From the IMG/VR virus record IMGVR_UViG_3300017971_000212: a stretch of DNA of 64,000 nt. One strand, written 5' to 3'. The position numbers were made by a program, and so were the translations under genes. The DNA comes from an uncultured virus (IMG/VR IMGVR_UViG_3300017971_000212). Taxonomy: Duplodnaviria; Heunggongvirae; Uroviricota; Caudoviricetes. Position 1 is the first letter of the stretch. Each line of letters opens with the position of its first letter. Below the pieces are notes generated by a model. It saw nothing but the letters and a program-made list of their open reading frames with translations. It searched no databases and had not been told where the DNA came from. Of the stretch, positions 18,643 through 28,720 are shown piece after piece.

Positions 18643-19188
18643 ATGACGACCCCGCTCAAGGGACTCAAGGTCGTGGACGCGCTGGGCGCGTTCTACCGCG
18701 ACGGCGACCGCCTCATGGTGGCCGACGAGCTCGAGGGTACGCGCGACGTGGACAAGATTTTGAGCGCGTTCGAGGGTCACGAGGTGAGGCTCCTGGCGCA
18801 CCATCGACCGCCTGACGTCCCGCTGCGAGACAGGTGGGGAGCGGGCTGCTGCCTGCTCGAGAACACGGGCCGCTGCCACTACGGGCACCACGATGATCCC
18901 GGGCTCCTGTTCGCCTTCGACTCCGTCGGCGTCCTGCGACGGGAGAAGGACGACTGGATCGTGGAGAGGTCTGACGGCGAGCGACTGCGGGTTTACGTGA
19001 ACTTCTTGGTGGGGCACAGGTCGCAGGTCGTTGTCACGTCTATTCCCGACCTAGAGAGCATCGACGAAAAGATCAAGTCGTTCGATCCGTCGAACCTGGA
19101 CCCTACCAACCTCGAGGACCTCACCGGGCGCCTTCACGAGATCCGCGAGTTCCTTCAGCAGGTCGAATCCCTCAAGCGAGATCTTTGA
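18643..19188 (+). CDS. hypothetical protein
   Basis: 181-aa ORF; stop overlaps the recD start. Confidence 0.7.
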   Translation: MTTPLKGLKVVDALGAFYRDGDRLMVADELEGTRDVDKILSAFEGHEVRLLAHHRPPDVPLRDRWGAGCCLLENTGRCHYGHHDDPGLLFAFDSVGVLRREKDDWIVERSDGERLRVYVNFLVGHRSQVVVTSIPDLESIDEKIKSFDPSNLDPTNLEDLTGRLHEIREFLQQVESLKRDL

Positions 19189-22100
19189 TGTCCAACTACT
19201 ACGCCGGGCGCGTCCAGACGGTCGTCTTCGAGAACGACGCCCAGAGCTTCTACGTCGTCAAGATGGTCCTCGACGGTCGAAAGGGGAAGAACGCCTCGGT
19301 GACGGTCCGCGGGAACGTCCCCGGACTCGAGGTGAGGGAGGGCAGCTGGTTCGGCTTCGAGGCGAAGTGGCAGAACCATCAGACCTACGGACGCCAGCTC
19401 GTCATCTCGCGCGCTCCGGTCGTCAAGAGTTGGGACGCCCAGACGACCGTGAAGATGCTGCAGGGCCACGGCGTGGGGAGCAGGGTGTGCGAGGCGCTGC
19501 TCGCCCACTTCGGAGAGGGGCTGCCCGACGCGCTCTCGGACAGCGAACGTCTCCAGGAGGTCCCCTCGGTCTCGGAGTTCACGGCGCACTACCTGGTGAG
19601 CAGGTGGCAGGCCGTGCGTTCCATGTTCCAGTCGCTCAAGTTCCTCTCGGACCTGAACCTGCCCAAGCGAAAGATCGAGCGGATCTACACCCGTTTCGGG
19701 GACGAGGCCGAGCAGGTCCTGAGCGAGAACCCGTGGGCGCTGGTCGAGATCGACGGGATCACGTTCGACCAGGCCGACGAGGTCGCGATGCGCCTCGGAC
19801 TCGACCTGAAGTGTGCCGGACGCATCAGGGGCGCGGTCCTCCACACCTGCAAGGTGCGCCGCGGCATGGGGCACCTGTACCTGAACTCCGGCGAGATCGT
19901 GCAGGGCGTGCACCAGTACGCGCCCGACACGGAGCGACAGCGCATCGCGGAGACCCTCAAGGGGCTCCACGACGAGTCCCTGCTCGTGCTCGACAACCAG
20001 ACCCGGCCACAGACCACGGCCATCTACGAGCCCTGGTTCCACGAGGTCGAGAGGGAGAGCGCCCGTCTCCTAGCGGAGAGGATGGAGCACGCGAGCTTCG
20101 AGGACGACGACGACTTCGCGGAGTACCTCGAGAAGCTCTCCTCCGTGGGCCCCGAGACGAAGAAAGTCGCGGAGGCAGGGAGTCGCGGGCTCGGGGACGT
20201 CGCGCAGGCGGCCATCACCGAGTGGTCGAGCCACGGCGAGATCCGACTCTCCGAGGCCCAGCTCGAGGGCGCCGTCAACGCCCTAGTCGAGCCGGTGTCG
20301 ATAGTGACGGGACTTCCCGGGACTGGGAAGTGCGTGGTACCCACCACTTTAGTGAGCGGCCCCTGGGGCGCGCGGCCCATCGGAGACTTCCTACCGACGG
20401 GTCTTGCACCTGACCAAGACCAGACGCTTTCCCTCGACATTGATACGAGCAGGGGAATCGAAAAAACGGCGTACATCTACAATGGAGGCGTAGCTCCCAC
20501 TGTCCGCATCACGACGCAATCGGGGTATACCTTGGAGGGCACTCCAGAACATCCCATCCGCATCGTTCAGGAAGGGGACTTCGTCTGGAAAAAGATGGGC
20601 GACCTGGGCGTCGGTGATGTCCCTGTCATAGTTCGGGGCAGTTTCCACTCCTCAGGGTCCGGCGGCGCGGAGCTGCCCCCGCTGACCGAAGGCGACTATC
20701 GGGAATTTCGATACCGCAGCCCTAGACGGATGTCGGAGGCTCTTGCGCGGGTCTTGGGTTACCTGATCTCAGAGGGCACCGTCACGAGTGCCTCCCACTG
20801 GGCCGTGACCAACCACGATCCTCGCGTCCGCAACGACGTCAGGCGGTGGTGCCAAGATCTGTTCGGCTACGAGGTCCGAGATCATTATGACAAGCGAGTC
20901 GGTGGCCTCGTGGGTGTCCGTCTCAACAGCGTACAGCTTATCAGGTGGTTTCGGGCGTTGGGCGTGGGTGCCGCCACCTCCTTCACTAAAACCGTCCCGC
21001 ATGTCATTTTGGCGGGATCGGAAGGCGAGCGCCGAGGTTTCCTTTCCGCTCTATTTGAAGGAGACGGCACCGTGCACGCTGAGCGGTTTTCGGTTGAATA
21101 TGGAACCCGGTCCGAGAAACTTGCACGCGGTATCCAGTATCTACTTCTGACGCTCGGCATCGTCTGTTCTTTTCGTGAAGAACAGAGAGAGGGCGCCTCG
21201 TGGTACCGGCTCTCCATGTACGGGCAGGACTACGACAGGTTCCGAGAACGTGTGGGGTGCGAGTTCAAGGTCCTCCCTGAGAGAACCACGAAGACCAACA
21301 CGAACCGGCACCTGATTTACAACGCCGAGTCGCTCATCGAGGCACTCATGGCACAGACGCGTCCCAGGAAAGGAACTGATTACGATCGGTTTTACCGATA
21401 TGGGAAGGGGAAAAACGGTAATGAACGGCATCCGTCCCGCGAACATCTGGAGCAGCTGCTGGGTTACGCGAAGAGGTCAACGCCAGTCACCGAGAGACTC
21501 CGGGCTTTGATGCGAGAGGATTTTTTCTACGACCCCATCACGACTATTGAAAGCGGCGTTTCCCAAGTTGTCGATTTCGGTGCGCCAGAAAGTCACGAGT
21601 TTCTCTCAAACGGGTTCATCAGCCACAATACGACCCTGCTGAGGATCGTCGTCAAGGTGCTCCAGGACGCGGGGGTGCCCTTCCTGCTCGTGGCCCCGAC
21701 GGGCATCGCCGCCAAGCGCATCACGGCGGTCACGGGCGCCGAGGCGTCGACCATCCACCGGGCGTTCGGAGCCCGTGGCGCCAGGAGCGAGGACGGTCGA
21801 GAGAGCACCTACGCCGGGATCGTGGGTGACGCGGTGTCCACCGTGGACGCCGACGGCAGCGACGAGTACTGGAGCTTCTCGACGATGCGCCCGCACCCGG
21901 CGCGCGTGGTGGTCGTGGACGAGAGCAGCATGATGGACCAGCACCTCCTCTTTCGGCTCCTGAGTTGCACCGTCTCGAGCTGCCGGCTGGTGTTCGTGGG
22001 CGACGCCGCCCAGCTGCCCTCGGTCGGGCCCGGAAACGTGCTGCGCGACTTGGTGGACAGCGAGCGTTTTCCGGTCGTGAATTTGCGGGAGATCTTCCGT

Positions 22101-22835
22101 CAGGACGAGGCCAGCGACATCGTGATCGCGGCTCACGCCATCAACGGAGGCACCGTCCCGAGTTTCAAGGATGGCTCGAGGGACTTCACCTTCGTGGAGG
22201 TCCGAGACGAGGCGCAGGTGCTCGAGATGGTCGTGGGCACGGTCGAGAAGCTCTACGCTCGCAGAACCAACTTTCAGGTGCTCAGCCCGCGTCACAAGGG
22301 GACCCTGGGCGTCACGAACCTGAACCTGCGCATCCGCGAACTCCTGAACCCCAAAACTCCCGGCCTCCGGGAGATGCGCCTCGGCTCGGAGACGGTTCGC
22401 GAGGGAGACCGCGTGATGGTCTCCAAGAACAACTACCGCTACGAGATCTTCAACGGGGACGTAGGCAAGGTCACCCGGCTGGACGAGAGGTCGAAGTCGG
22501 TCTCCGTGAAGATCCACGGTCCTCCGGTCATGCAGGTGGAGATGCCGTTCAGGGACGCCCCTGAGCACCTTCGGCTGGCCTACTGCGTGACCATCCACAA
22601 GAGCCAGGGCCAGGAGTACGACGTCATCCTTATGCCGTGGGTGGGCGGCTTCCACCACCAGCTCCAGCGCAACCTGATCTACACGGCGATCACGCGAGCG
22701 CGGAAGAAGGTGATTCTCGTCGGACATCCCGAGGCTTTGGAAAAAGCCGTTCGTAACAGCAAGATCGATACGCGAAATACTCTCTTTCCCGACCGTCTGA
22801 GGGCGTTTCTCGGCCGATTCAGCAGGACCCCGTGA
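19188..22835 (+). CDS. recD2: RecD2/TraA-like SF1B helicase with an intein
   Basis: ENPW, GLPGTGK|TT, APTGIAAKR, VVDESSM, VGDAAQLPSVGPG, IFRQ, AYCVTIHKSQGQEY and YTAITRA. Confidence 0.93.
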   Translation: MSNYYAGRVQTVVFENDAQSFYVVKMVLDGRKGKNASVTVRGNVPGLEVREGSWFGFEAKWQNHQTYGRQLVISRAPVVKSWDAQTTVKMLQGHGVGSRVCEALLAHFGEGLPDALSDSERLQEVPSVSEFTAHYLVSRWQAVRSMFQSLKFLSDLNLPKRKIERIYTRFGDEAEQVLSENPWALVEIDGITFDQADEVAMRLGLDLKCAGRIRGAVLHTCKVRRGMGHLYLNSGEIVQGVHQYAPDTERQRIAETLKGLHDESLLVLDNQTRPQTTAIYEPWFHEVERESARLLAERMEHASFEDDDDFAEYLEKLSSVGPETKKVAEAGSRGLGDVAQAAITEWSSHGEIRLSEAQLEGAVNALVEPVSIVTGLPGTGKCVVPTTLVSGPWGARPIGDFLPTGLAPDQDQTLSLDIDTSRGIEKTAYIYNGGVAPTVRITTQSGYTLEGTPEHPIRIVQEGDFVWKKMGDLGVGDVPVIVRGSFHSSGSGGAELPPLTEGDYREFRYRSPRRMSEALARVLGYLISEGTVTSASHWAVTNHDPRVRNDVRRWCQDLFGYEVRDHYDKRVGGLVGVRLNSVQLIRWFRALGVGAATSFTKTVPHVILAGSEGERRGFLSALFEGDGTVHAERFSVEYGTRSEKLARGIQYLLLTLGIVCSFREEQREGASWYRLSMYGQDYDRFRERVGCEFKVLPERTTKTNTNRHLIYNAESLIEALMAQTRPRKGTDYDRFYRYGKGKNGNERHPSREHLEQLLGYAKRSTPVTERLRALMREDFFYDPITTIESGVSQVVDFGAPESHEFLSNGFISHNTTLLRIVVKVLQDAGVPFLLVAPTGIAAKRITAVTGAEASTIHRAFGARGARSEDGRESTYAGIVGDAVSTVDADGSDEYWSFSTMRPHPARVVVVDESSMMDQHLLFRLLSCTVSSCRLVFVGDAAQLPSVGPGNVLRDLVDSERFPVVNLREIFRQDEASDIVIAAHAINGGTVPSFKDGSRDFTFVEVRDEAQVLEMVVGTVEKLYARRTNFQVLSPRHKGTLGVTNLNLRIRELLNPKTPGLREMRLGSETVREGDRVMVSKNNYRYEIFNGDVGKVTRLDERSKSVSVKIHGPPVMQVEMPFRDAPEHLRLAYCVTIHKSQGQEYDVILMPWVGGFHHQLQRNLIYTAITRARKKVILVGHPEALEKAVRNSKIDTRNTLFPDRLRAFLGRFSRTP
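20331..21629 (+). mobile_element. intein (433 aa) with LAGLIDADG endonuclease in the helicase P-loop
   Basis: GK|CVVPTT ... TPEHP ... FISHN|T; LGYLISEG and FLSALFEGDG; more AT-ending codons than the flanks. Confidence 0.93.
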
Positions 22836-22879
22836 GGGGTAAACCCGATGAGGATTTCCACGACGGAGCCCCTGTCGAA

Positions 22880-23317
22880 ATGTCAGAAGCGCACAGCCAG
22901 AACCCTCCCTCCAAGGACGAGGCGCGCCGGTGGCTACGCCGAGTTCGGCGGGGCATCCGCGTCACGAAGATAACGTGCACGCGCTGCGTGAAGGGCCGGA
23001 ACGGAGACAGCTTCGTCGGCTTCTCGGCGGCGTGGCAGTCCGTGCAGGACGACATGGGTGGGTCGGGCGACGTCCACGTGGAGGAGGACGATGCCGAGGA
23101 GCAGGCGGCCCAGGGGCTCAACCTGAAGGACGCCAAGCTGGCGCGGCACATGCTCGCGATGGAGGTGGACCTCGCCGCGCTTGAGTCCGCGGTCGCGAAC
23201 GGCACCATCAGCGCGAGCTACTTCGCGGACGCCACGAAGGGCGTCCGAAACAACTACAACGAACTCATCATGCGAGAGATGGGACTTCTGACCGATGACG
23301 GCGACCAAGGCAAGTAG
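22880..23317 (+). CDS. hypothetical protein
   Basis: ORF in the operon; start may be 22832 or 22880. Confidence 0.65.
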   Translation: MSEAHSQNPPSKDEARRWLRRVRRGIRVTKITCTRCVKGRNGDSFVGFSAAWQSVQDDMGGSGDVHVEEDDAEEQAAQGLNLKDAKLARHMLAMEVDLAALESAVANGTISASYFADATKGVRNNYNELIMREMGLLTDDGDQGK

Positions 23318-24260
23318 CGAGCAGAAGAGGCCCGCGCCCGTCGTCGATCTCGAGCGGATCGGGCGGACGTACGCCGAGCTCAAGGACATGGAGGTCAAGC
23401 TCGACCCTAATCCCATCGAGTACGGCCCCAAGCGGTTCAACAACCGCATCGCCCGCGTCAGGGCCCTCCTGAACCGCGTCGATCAGATCTTCCTCCAGAT
23501 CTCGGAGGATCTCCACTACTTCCAGCGAGACATCAACGCCCGGCGCACCCTCTACGAGCTCGAGAAGCGCGAGCTGCTCGTGAACGATCCGAGGTGTCGG
23601 GTGGGGCGCTCGCAGCAGGAGCGCGAGGCCCTGGCCGACGTGCAGCTCAGGGACCAGATCGAGAAGATTCAGAACCTCGAGGCGCAGGCCCACGACCTGG
23701 AGACGCTCATGATCTCGGTCAAGTCCAAGCGGACGGACCTCAAGAACGTTCAGGGTCGGATGAAGGACCAGATGAAGCTCATCGAGCACGACATCGGGAT
23801 GGGCGCGCGCTGGGGCGGCGATGGCGGCCCTTCGCTCCTCAGCGACGGGGTGAAGGAGATCGACGAGATGCTTGCCAGCGTGGACGAGCGCATGAGCTGG
23901 ACGGACGAGGGCGACGAGGTGGCCCCCACCTCGGGGAAGGACGCGACCGCGGACGAGCCCGACGAGGACGACGAGGAAGTCGAGGCGAGCGACGACCAGG
24001 ATCCGGCCCCGCAGGCGTCCGAGGAGCCCGTGCTCGAGTTCGGGGCGCCCGACGGAGAGGCCGTTCCCGACATCGCCGAGCTGCTGCCCTCGACCGAGGA
24101 GCAGACGCCCCTTCCCGACGACGGCGTCGAGCGGGACGCCGACGACTTCCTGACGAATTTCGATCCAGAGACGGAGGACGGCGAGGAAAGCGCGGAGGGA
24201 GGAGAAGCCCCAACCTCGGACGGGATCGATGACCTGATCGCGAGCTTCGCCGACGACTAG
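23295..24260 (+). CDS. coiled-coil protein with long acidic tail (possible recombination mediator)
   Basis: Helical N-terminal half, D/E-rich C-terminal half; lies between recD2 and the SSB-like, ruvC and recA genes. Confidence 0.6.
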   Translation: MTATKASSEQKRPAPVVDLERIGRTYAELKDMEVKLDPNPIEYGPKRFNNRIARVRALLNRVDQIFLQISEDLHYFQRDINARRTLYELEKRELLVNDPRCRVGRSQQEREALADVQLRDQIEKIQNLEAQAHDLETLMISVKSKRTDLKNVQGRMKDQMKLIEHDIGMGARWGGDGGPSLLSDGVKEIDEMLASVDERMSWTDEGDEVAPTSGKDATADEPDEDDEEVEASDDQDPAPQASEEPVLEFGAPDGEAVPDIAELLPSTEEQTPLPDDGVERDADDFLTNFDPETEDGEESAEGGEAPTSDGIDDLIASFADD

Positions 24261-24343
24261 GCGGTCGCGGTCTCGGGGCCAAACGAATCGGCAAAGTCTG
24301 ACGGACACGCCACCTGAGGAAAGAACAAGGACGAGAGGAAGCA

Positions 24344-25102
24344 ATGACCGACTCACAGGAGACCTTCGGCTTCGGCCAGAACGACGCGGGCGTAGGAGGT
24401 CGCGTCCAGAAGTTCAAGGGCGAGAAGGGGCGGACCTACAGGATAGGGTTCGCTTGGTGGCCCGGCATGGAGGGAGGCCGAGATTTCACGCACAAGGACC
24501 TCTGTCCGAAGGAGGACCAGAACGAGGACGAGCTCACGCCGTTGTTCATCCGGGCGCCCCGGAACTTCATCAACAGCGTTGGCTACGTCATCAACAAGGG
24601 GCCCGAGTTCACTAAGCTCGCCGGGCAAGCTCCGAAGATGATGATCGCGACGATCATCGTCTCGTGGCCACTGGGCAAGCAGGGAACCCCGACGAAGGAG
24701 TCGCTGTTCGGTCAGAAGCCGGACGTGATGCCCTGGATCTTCTCCGGCGACAAGTACGAGAAGCTGAAGAAGATGCACACGTCGGGGTACCCGATGCACG
24801 ACTGGGACGTGCAGCTCGACTGCGAGGACTCGCAGTTCCAGAAGTTCGGGTTCCTGCCCGCGAAACAGTGCGTCCTCAAGGAGATGCTGAAGGCCCAGAA
24901 CCCCGCGGGACAGGAGATCGCCCAGCACGTGCTCGCCCAGGTCCGCGCCCTCGCGCCCACCCTGGGCAACGAGATCGGACAGGATCTCACCATCGACCAG
25001 CTCCGCGAGCGTATGGGCCAGGACGTGGCCAGCCCGGTGGCGAACATCGTGGCCGGGGACCAGGAGGTGGACAGCATGCTCGGCTCGCTGCTCGACGAGT
25101 AG
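24344..25102 (+). CDS. putative single-stranded DNA-binding protein
   Basis: Beta-rich aromatic core and acidic-hydrophobic end (VDSMLGSLLDE); genomic context. Function inferred. Confidence 0.5.
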   Translation: MTDSQETFGFGQNDAGVGGRVQKFKGEKGRTYRIGFAWWPGMEGGRDFTHKDLCPKEDQNEDELTPLFIRAPRNFINSVGYVINKGPEFTKLAGQAPKMMIATIIVSWPLGKQGTPTKESLFGQKPDVMPWIFSGDKYEKLKKMHTSGYPMHDWDVQLDCEDSQFQKFGFLPAKQCVLKEMLKAQNPAGQEIAQHVLAQVRALAPTLGNEIGQDLTIDQLRERMGQDVASPVANIVAGDQEVDSMLGSLLDE

Positions 25103-25119
25103 GGAGCGAGACGTCCCCG

Positions 25120-25764
25120 ATGCTGGTGCTGGGACTTGATCCGTCGTTGACAAATTTCGGATGGGCCCTTCACGACACCGATGCCGAGGGAGCGCCGAGA
25201 TGCGTCGAGAGAGGGCGCTTCAGGACGGGTCCCCGTGACTTCCGCGACGAGATCGACAGGTACGTGCATCTCCGCGAGGCGCTCCGCGACAAGGTCGTGG
25301 AGCTTGAGCCCGATCACATGGGTATCGAGCATCCCGTCTTCAACGAAGACTATTCCGAGGGGATGTACGGCCTGTTCCTGTTCAGCCTGGAGGCCATCAA
25401 GGACTGCGGCCAGGACCTCGTCCTGTTCGCGCCTCCCCAGGTCAAGAAGTTCGCGAAACTCATTCTCGAGCGCCCCCGCGGCTGGTCCATGGCGAAGTCG
25501 GACATGGTGGACGCCGCGCGGGAGGACTCGGGGGGAGGCCCCTGGAACCACAACGAGGCGGACGCCTACCTGGTCGCCGCCTTCGCGGGCCGGTTCTGGA
25601 AATTCTACGAGGGGAGCCTCGTCGAGGACGACCTCACACCCTACGAGAAGAAGACGTTCACGCACATGCGTACCATCACCAAGGGCAAGCGCGCCGGCCA
25701 GCTCGAGATCAAGGGGATCCTGCATCGCGAGTCGGAGAGGTTCTTTCTCTGGTCGATGAAGTAG
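25120..25764 (+). CDS. ruvC: RuvC-like Holliday junction resolvase
   Basis: MLVLGLDPSLTNFGWA, GIEHP, QVKKFA and HNEADAY catalytic acidic motifs. Confidence 0.85.
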   Translation: MLVLGLDPSLTNFGWALHDTDAEGAPRCVERGRFRTGPRDFRDEIDRYVHLREALRDKVVELEPDHMGIEHPVFNEDYSEGMYGLFLFSLEAIKDCGQDLVLFAPPQVKKFAKLILERPRGWSMAKSDMVDAAREDSGGGPWNHNEADAYLVAAFAGRFWKFYEGSLVEDDLTPYEKKTFTHMRTITKGKRAGQLEIKGILHRESERFFLWSMK

Positions 25765-25773
25765 AGGGCAGCG

Positions 25774-27069
25774 ATGGTGAAGAAGAAGGAAACCAAGAAG
25801 ACCTCCAAGAAGACCGCCAAGAAGAAGACCAAGAAGAAGGCCAAGGCGAAGTCTGCGCTCCTCCAGGCGAAGGGTCTGCTGAACCACGCCCTCAAGAGCA
25901 ACGACTGGCAGGCGAACCTAGACCCCAAGACCGCCAACAAGCCGCTGGATATCCTCTCGACGAGCTCGATCATCATCGATCACCTCATCGGCGGCAAGTT
26001 GAACGAACGGGGAATCGCCCCCTGTCCGGGCCTCCCTCGAGGTCGCATCGTGAACGTCTACGGGCGCGAGGGCAGCGGCAAGACCACGCTAGCCCTTGGG
26101 ACATCAGCCCAGACGATCCACGACGGGGGGGTCGTCTGCTACATCGACTGGGAGCACGAGATCGTGCCCGGCTATGCCCTGGCGCTCGGCGTGCCCATCG
26201 GTGACGAGGAGAGGTTCATGCTCTGCCAGCCTGACACTCTCGACGAGGGCATAGCCATCCTCTGGACGATGGTGAACTCCGGCGTGGACCTGGTCGTGCT
26301 CGACTCCGTCGGGGCTGGCGTTCCCAGGGCGTACTTCGAGAAGTCCATCAAGGAGACCGCCGAGCAGGGACGCGTCGGGATGAACGCCGCTGTGTGGTCG
26401 GCTTTCCTGCCGAAGCTGAAGGCCCGCACGAGCAAGACGGGTTCGGCCGTGCTCGGGGTCTCCCAGATCCGAGACGCTATCAACACTGGCGGGGGTTACG
26501 GCGACACCTTCACGGTCCAGGGTGGGAAGGCGTGGAAGTTCTACAGCGCGATCCGCCTGCGTCTTCAGCCGATAGGCGTCGAGAAGGCGTCCGACTACTC
26601 CGCCTTGACGAACAAGGCGCAGGATCGGGTGATCGGGGCGAAGATCCGGGCGAAACTCGACAAGTGCAAGGTCAGTCCGCAGCAGGGGAACGAGGAGATT
26701 TTCTACATCCGGTGGGGCGAGGGCATCGACGATCTACGCTCTCTCATCGAGATCGGCTGCGCCCACAGGCTCGTTCAGAAGAAGGGCTCGTGGCTCTACT
26801 GGGTCGACCCGGACGGCGAGCAGCACGGCAAGCAGGGAATGGAGAACTTCCGCAGGATGTTCGTGGACAACGAGCGTCTGGCCGTGGCCCTGGAGAAGCA
26901 GGTCAAGCCGTTCATGGGCGCCACAGGTAGCTCGAAGGACGAGGATGAGGACGAGGACGAAAACGAGCTGTTCGCCGCCGACGCGTTCCAGGACGACGGC
27001 GAACTCAGGGAGATCCTCTCGAGCATTCAGACGGACGACCCGGAGATTCCTCCCGACGAACCCGCGTGA
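25774..27069 (+). CDS. recA: RecA recombinase
   Basis: GLPRGRIVNVYGREGSGKTTLAL, YIDWEH, VVLDSV and GGKAWKFYSAIRL. Confidence 0.93.
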   Translation: MVKKKETKKTSKKTAKKKTKKKAKAKSALLQAKGLLNHALKSNDWQANLDPKTANKPLDILSTSSIIIDHLIGGKLNERGIAPCPGLPRGRIVNVYGREGSGKTTLALGTSAQTIHDGGVVCYIDWEHEIVPGYALALGVPIGDEERFMLCQPDTLDEGIAILWTMVNSGVDLVVLDSVGAGVPRAYFEKSIKETAEQGRVGMNAAVWSAFLPKLKARTSKTGSAVLGVSQIRDAINTGGGYGDTFTVQGGKAWKFYSAIRLRLQPIGVEKASDYSALTNKAQDRVIGAKIRAKLDKCKVSPQQGNEEIFYIRWGEGIDDLRSLIEIGCAHRLVQKKGSWLYWVDPDGEQHGKQGMENFRRMFVDNERLAVALEKQVKPFMGATGSSKDEDEDEDENELFAADAFQDDGELREILSSIQTDDPEIPPDEPA

Positions 27070-27085
27070 GGCGGTAGAGTAGGTC

Positions 27086-28327
27086 GTGCCCCTGAAGATC
27101 CGCGTGAGGAACTTCCAGAGCGTCGAGGACGCGGAGATCGTGGTGGACGGCCTGACGGTCGTCACGGGCACGAACAACGCGGGCAAGTCGGCGTTCTTCC
27201 GCGCCGTCCGCGGCGCCCTGACGAACGCGCGAGGTTCGGACTTCGTGCGGCACGGGACGAGCTCCTGCACCGTCGACGTCGAGGATCTCGAGTCCGGCCG
27301 CAAGCTCACGTGGGAGAAGGGGGCCAAGGTGAACCGCTACACGGTAGACGGCGAGGTCTTCGACCGCGTGGGACACGGGGTTCCGCCGGAGGCGCGCGTC
27401 TTCGGAGTGGAGTCCGTCGGCGCCGGCAACTCCGAGCTGTGGCCTCAGATCGCGCCCCAGATCACGGGCGTGAGCTTCCTGCTCCACGAGCCCGGCTCCG
27501 TGATCGCCGAGGCCGTGGCCGACGTGGAGCGCGTCAACCAGCTCGGCCGCGCTCTCAAGGCGTGCGAGTCTGACCGGCGCGCGGCCAAGGGCGACCTCAA
27601 GACCCGACGAGCCGACGCCGCGATTCTGAGCCGCCGCCGCGAGGGGTTCGCAGGCCTGGACGAGTTGCTGCAGCGGCTGACGGAGCTGGAGGCGCGCCGG
27701 GTGGCGGCAGATCGCGTGGCGAAGGCCCACGGCAACCTATCGAAGATGGGTCGCAGGTACCACGATGCCGCGGAGGCCGTCGAGAAACTCGCCGGACTGG
27801 AGGACCTGGAGGCCCCCGTCCCTCCGGAGGAGCGGGTCGTCGCCGTGCAGGGTGTCGCGACCGAACTCGCCGCCACGCGTTCTCTGCGGTGTCGTCATGA
27901 CCTCGCGGCGACCGTCGTCCGAAATCTCGAGGGTTCGGACCAGGTGGGAGACCTCTTGCCCTCGGACGAGCGCGTCGCGTATGTCGAGAAGTTTAGGCAC
28001 GCTCTCGGAATGTCCGTGGGCCTGGCCCTCCGGCACGACGAGGCCGTCGAGGAGCGAGACCGGACGCTCGAGGTAGAGGCGGCGCTCGAGGGGATCCTCC
28101 TCGACGACCAGGTCCTCGACCGCGTGGAGAAGCTCCGACGGGCCGTCGTCAACGCGCGTGGTCTCGTGAGGCGGCGCGCGGAGCTGGGTAAGGAGGTGGC
28201 GCAGCTCGAGCGTGAGCTAGCTCGACACGAGGAGGCCCTTGAGCAGACGATGCTGACGGCGGCCCAGCTGCTTGGGACGTACGAGGAGTGCCCCACCTGC
28301 GGCGGCGCGCTAGACCACGTCCACTGA
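27086..28327 (+). CDS. sbcC: SbcC/Rad50-like ATPase, N-terminal half ending at the zinc hook
   Basis: VRNFQS, GTNNAGKSA Walker A, Q-loop, coiled coil and terminal CPTCG; no Walker B. Confidence 0.8.
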   Translation: MPLKIRVRNFQSVEDAEIVVDGLTVVTGTNNAGKSAFFRAVRGALTNARGSDFVRHGTSSCTVDVEDLESGRKLTWEKGAKVNRYTVDGEVFDRVGHGVPPEARVFGVESVGAGNSELWPQIAPQITGVSFLLHEPGSVIAEAVADVERVNQLGRALKACESDRRAAKGDLKTRRADAAILSRRREGFAGLDELLQRLTELEARRVAADRVAKAHGNLSKMGRRYHDAAEAVEKLAGLEDLEAPVPPEERVVAVQGVATELAATRSLRCRHDLAATVVRNLEGSDQVGDLLPSDERVAYVEKFRHALGMSVGLALRHDEAVEERDRTLEVEAALEGILLDDQVLDRVEKLRRAVVNARGLVRRRAELGKEVAQLERELARHEEALEQTMLTAAQLLGTYEECPTCGGALDHVH

Positions 28328-28330
28328 GAA

Positions 28331-28639
28331 CTACGACCCGGTGCCCGTGTCGGTTTCTCCGGTTTCGGTACCGGAGCCGTCGGTGGGGGTCTCGGTCCCT
28401 TCCGTGTCGGAGCCGTCGGTGGGGGTCTCGGTCCCTCCCGTGTCGGAGCCGTCGGTGGGGGTCTCGGTCCCTTCCGTGTCGGAGCCGTCGGTGGGGGTCT
28501 CGGTCCCTTCCGTGCTGGAGGCATCGGCGGAGGTCCCGCTGTCGGTACCCGAACCGGTCCCGTCGGTGTCGTCATCGTCCGACCCACAGCATGGAACCAC
28601 GCTAAGGATCACGGCAAGTACAGCGTGCTCGATCTTCAT
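28331..28639 (-). CDS. small putative lipoprotein with T/G/D/S repeats
   Basis: Signal-like MKIEHAVLAVILSVVPCC, then T(E/G)GTETPTDGSD repeats; late-type motif GCTGATTCCCCTAT at 28671-28658. Confidence 0.6.
   Translation of the reverse strand: MKIEHAVLAVILSVVPCCGSDDDDTDGTGSGTDSGTSADASSTEGTETPTDGSDTEGTETPTDGSDTGGTETPTDGSDTEGTETPTDGSGTETGETDTGTGS
28372..28515. repeat. 4 x 36-bp coding tandem repeat
   Basis: CGGAGCCGTCGGTGGGGGTCTCGGTCCCTTCCGTGT units start at 28372, 28408, 28444 and 28480, with no spacers. Confidence 0.95.
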
Positions 28640-28720
28640 GGCGTAGAAGGCAATCCAATAGGGGAATCAGCGGGTTCTTTGCACCATCTCCGAGTTTCAC
28701 GTAGAAACAGAGGAGGCCAG

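Noticed and set aside
28372..28515. 36-bp repeats as a CRISPR array (a Cas4-like nuclease lies at 31998)
   Set aside because: The units abut with no spacers and encode an in-frame peptide repeat; no cas1/cas2 or effector genes are present.
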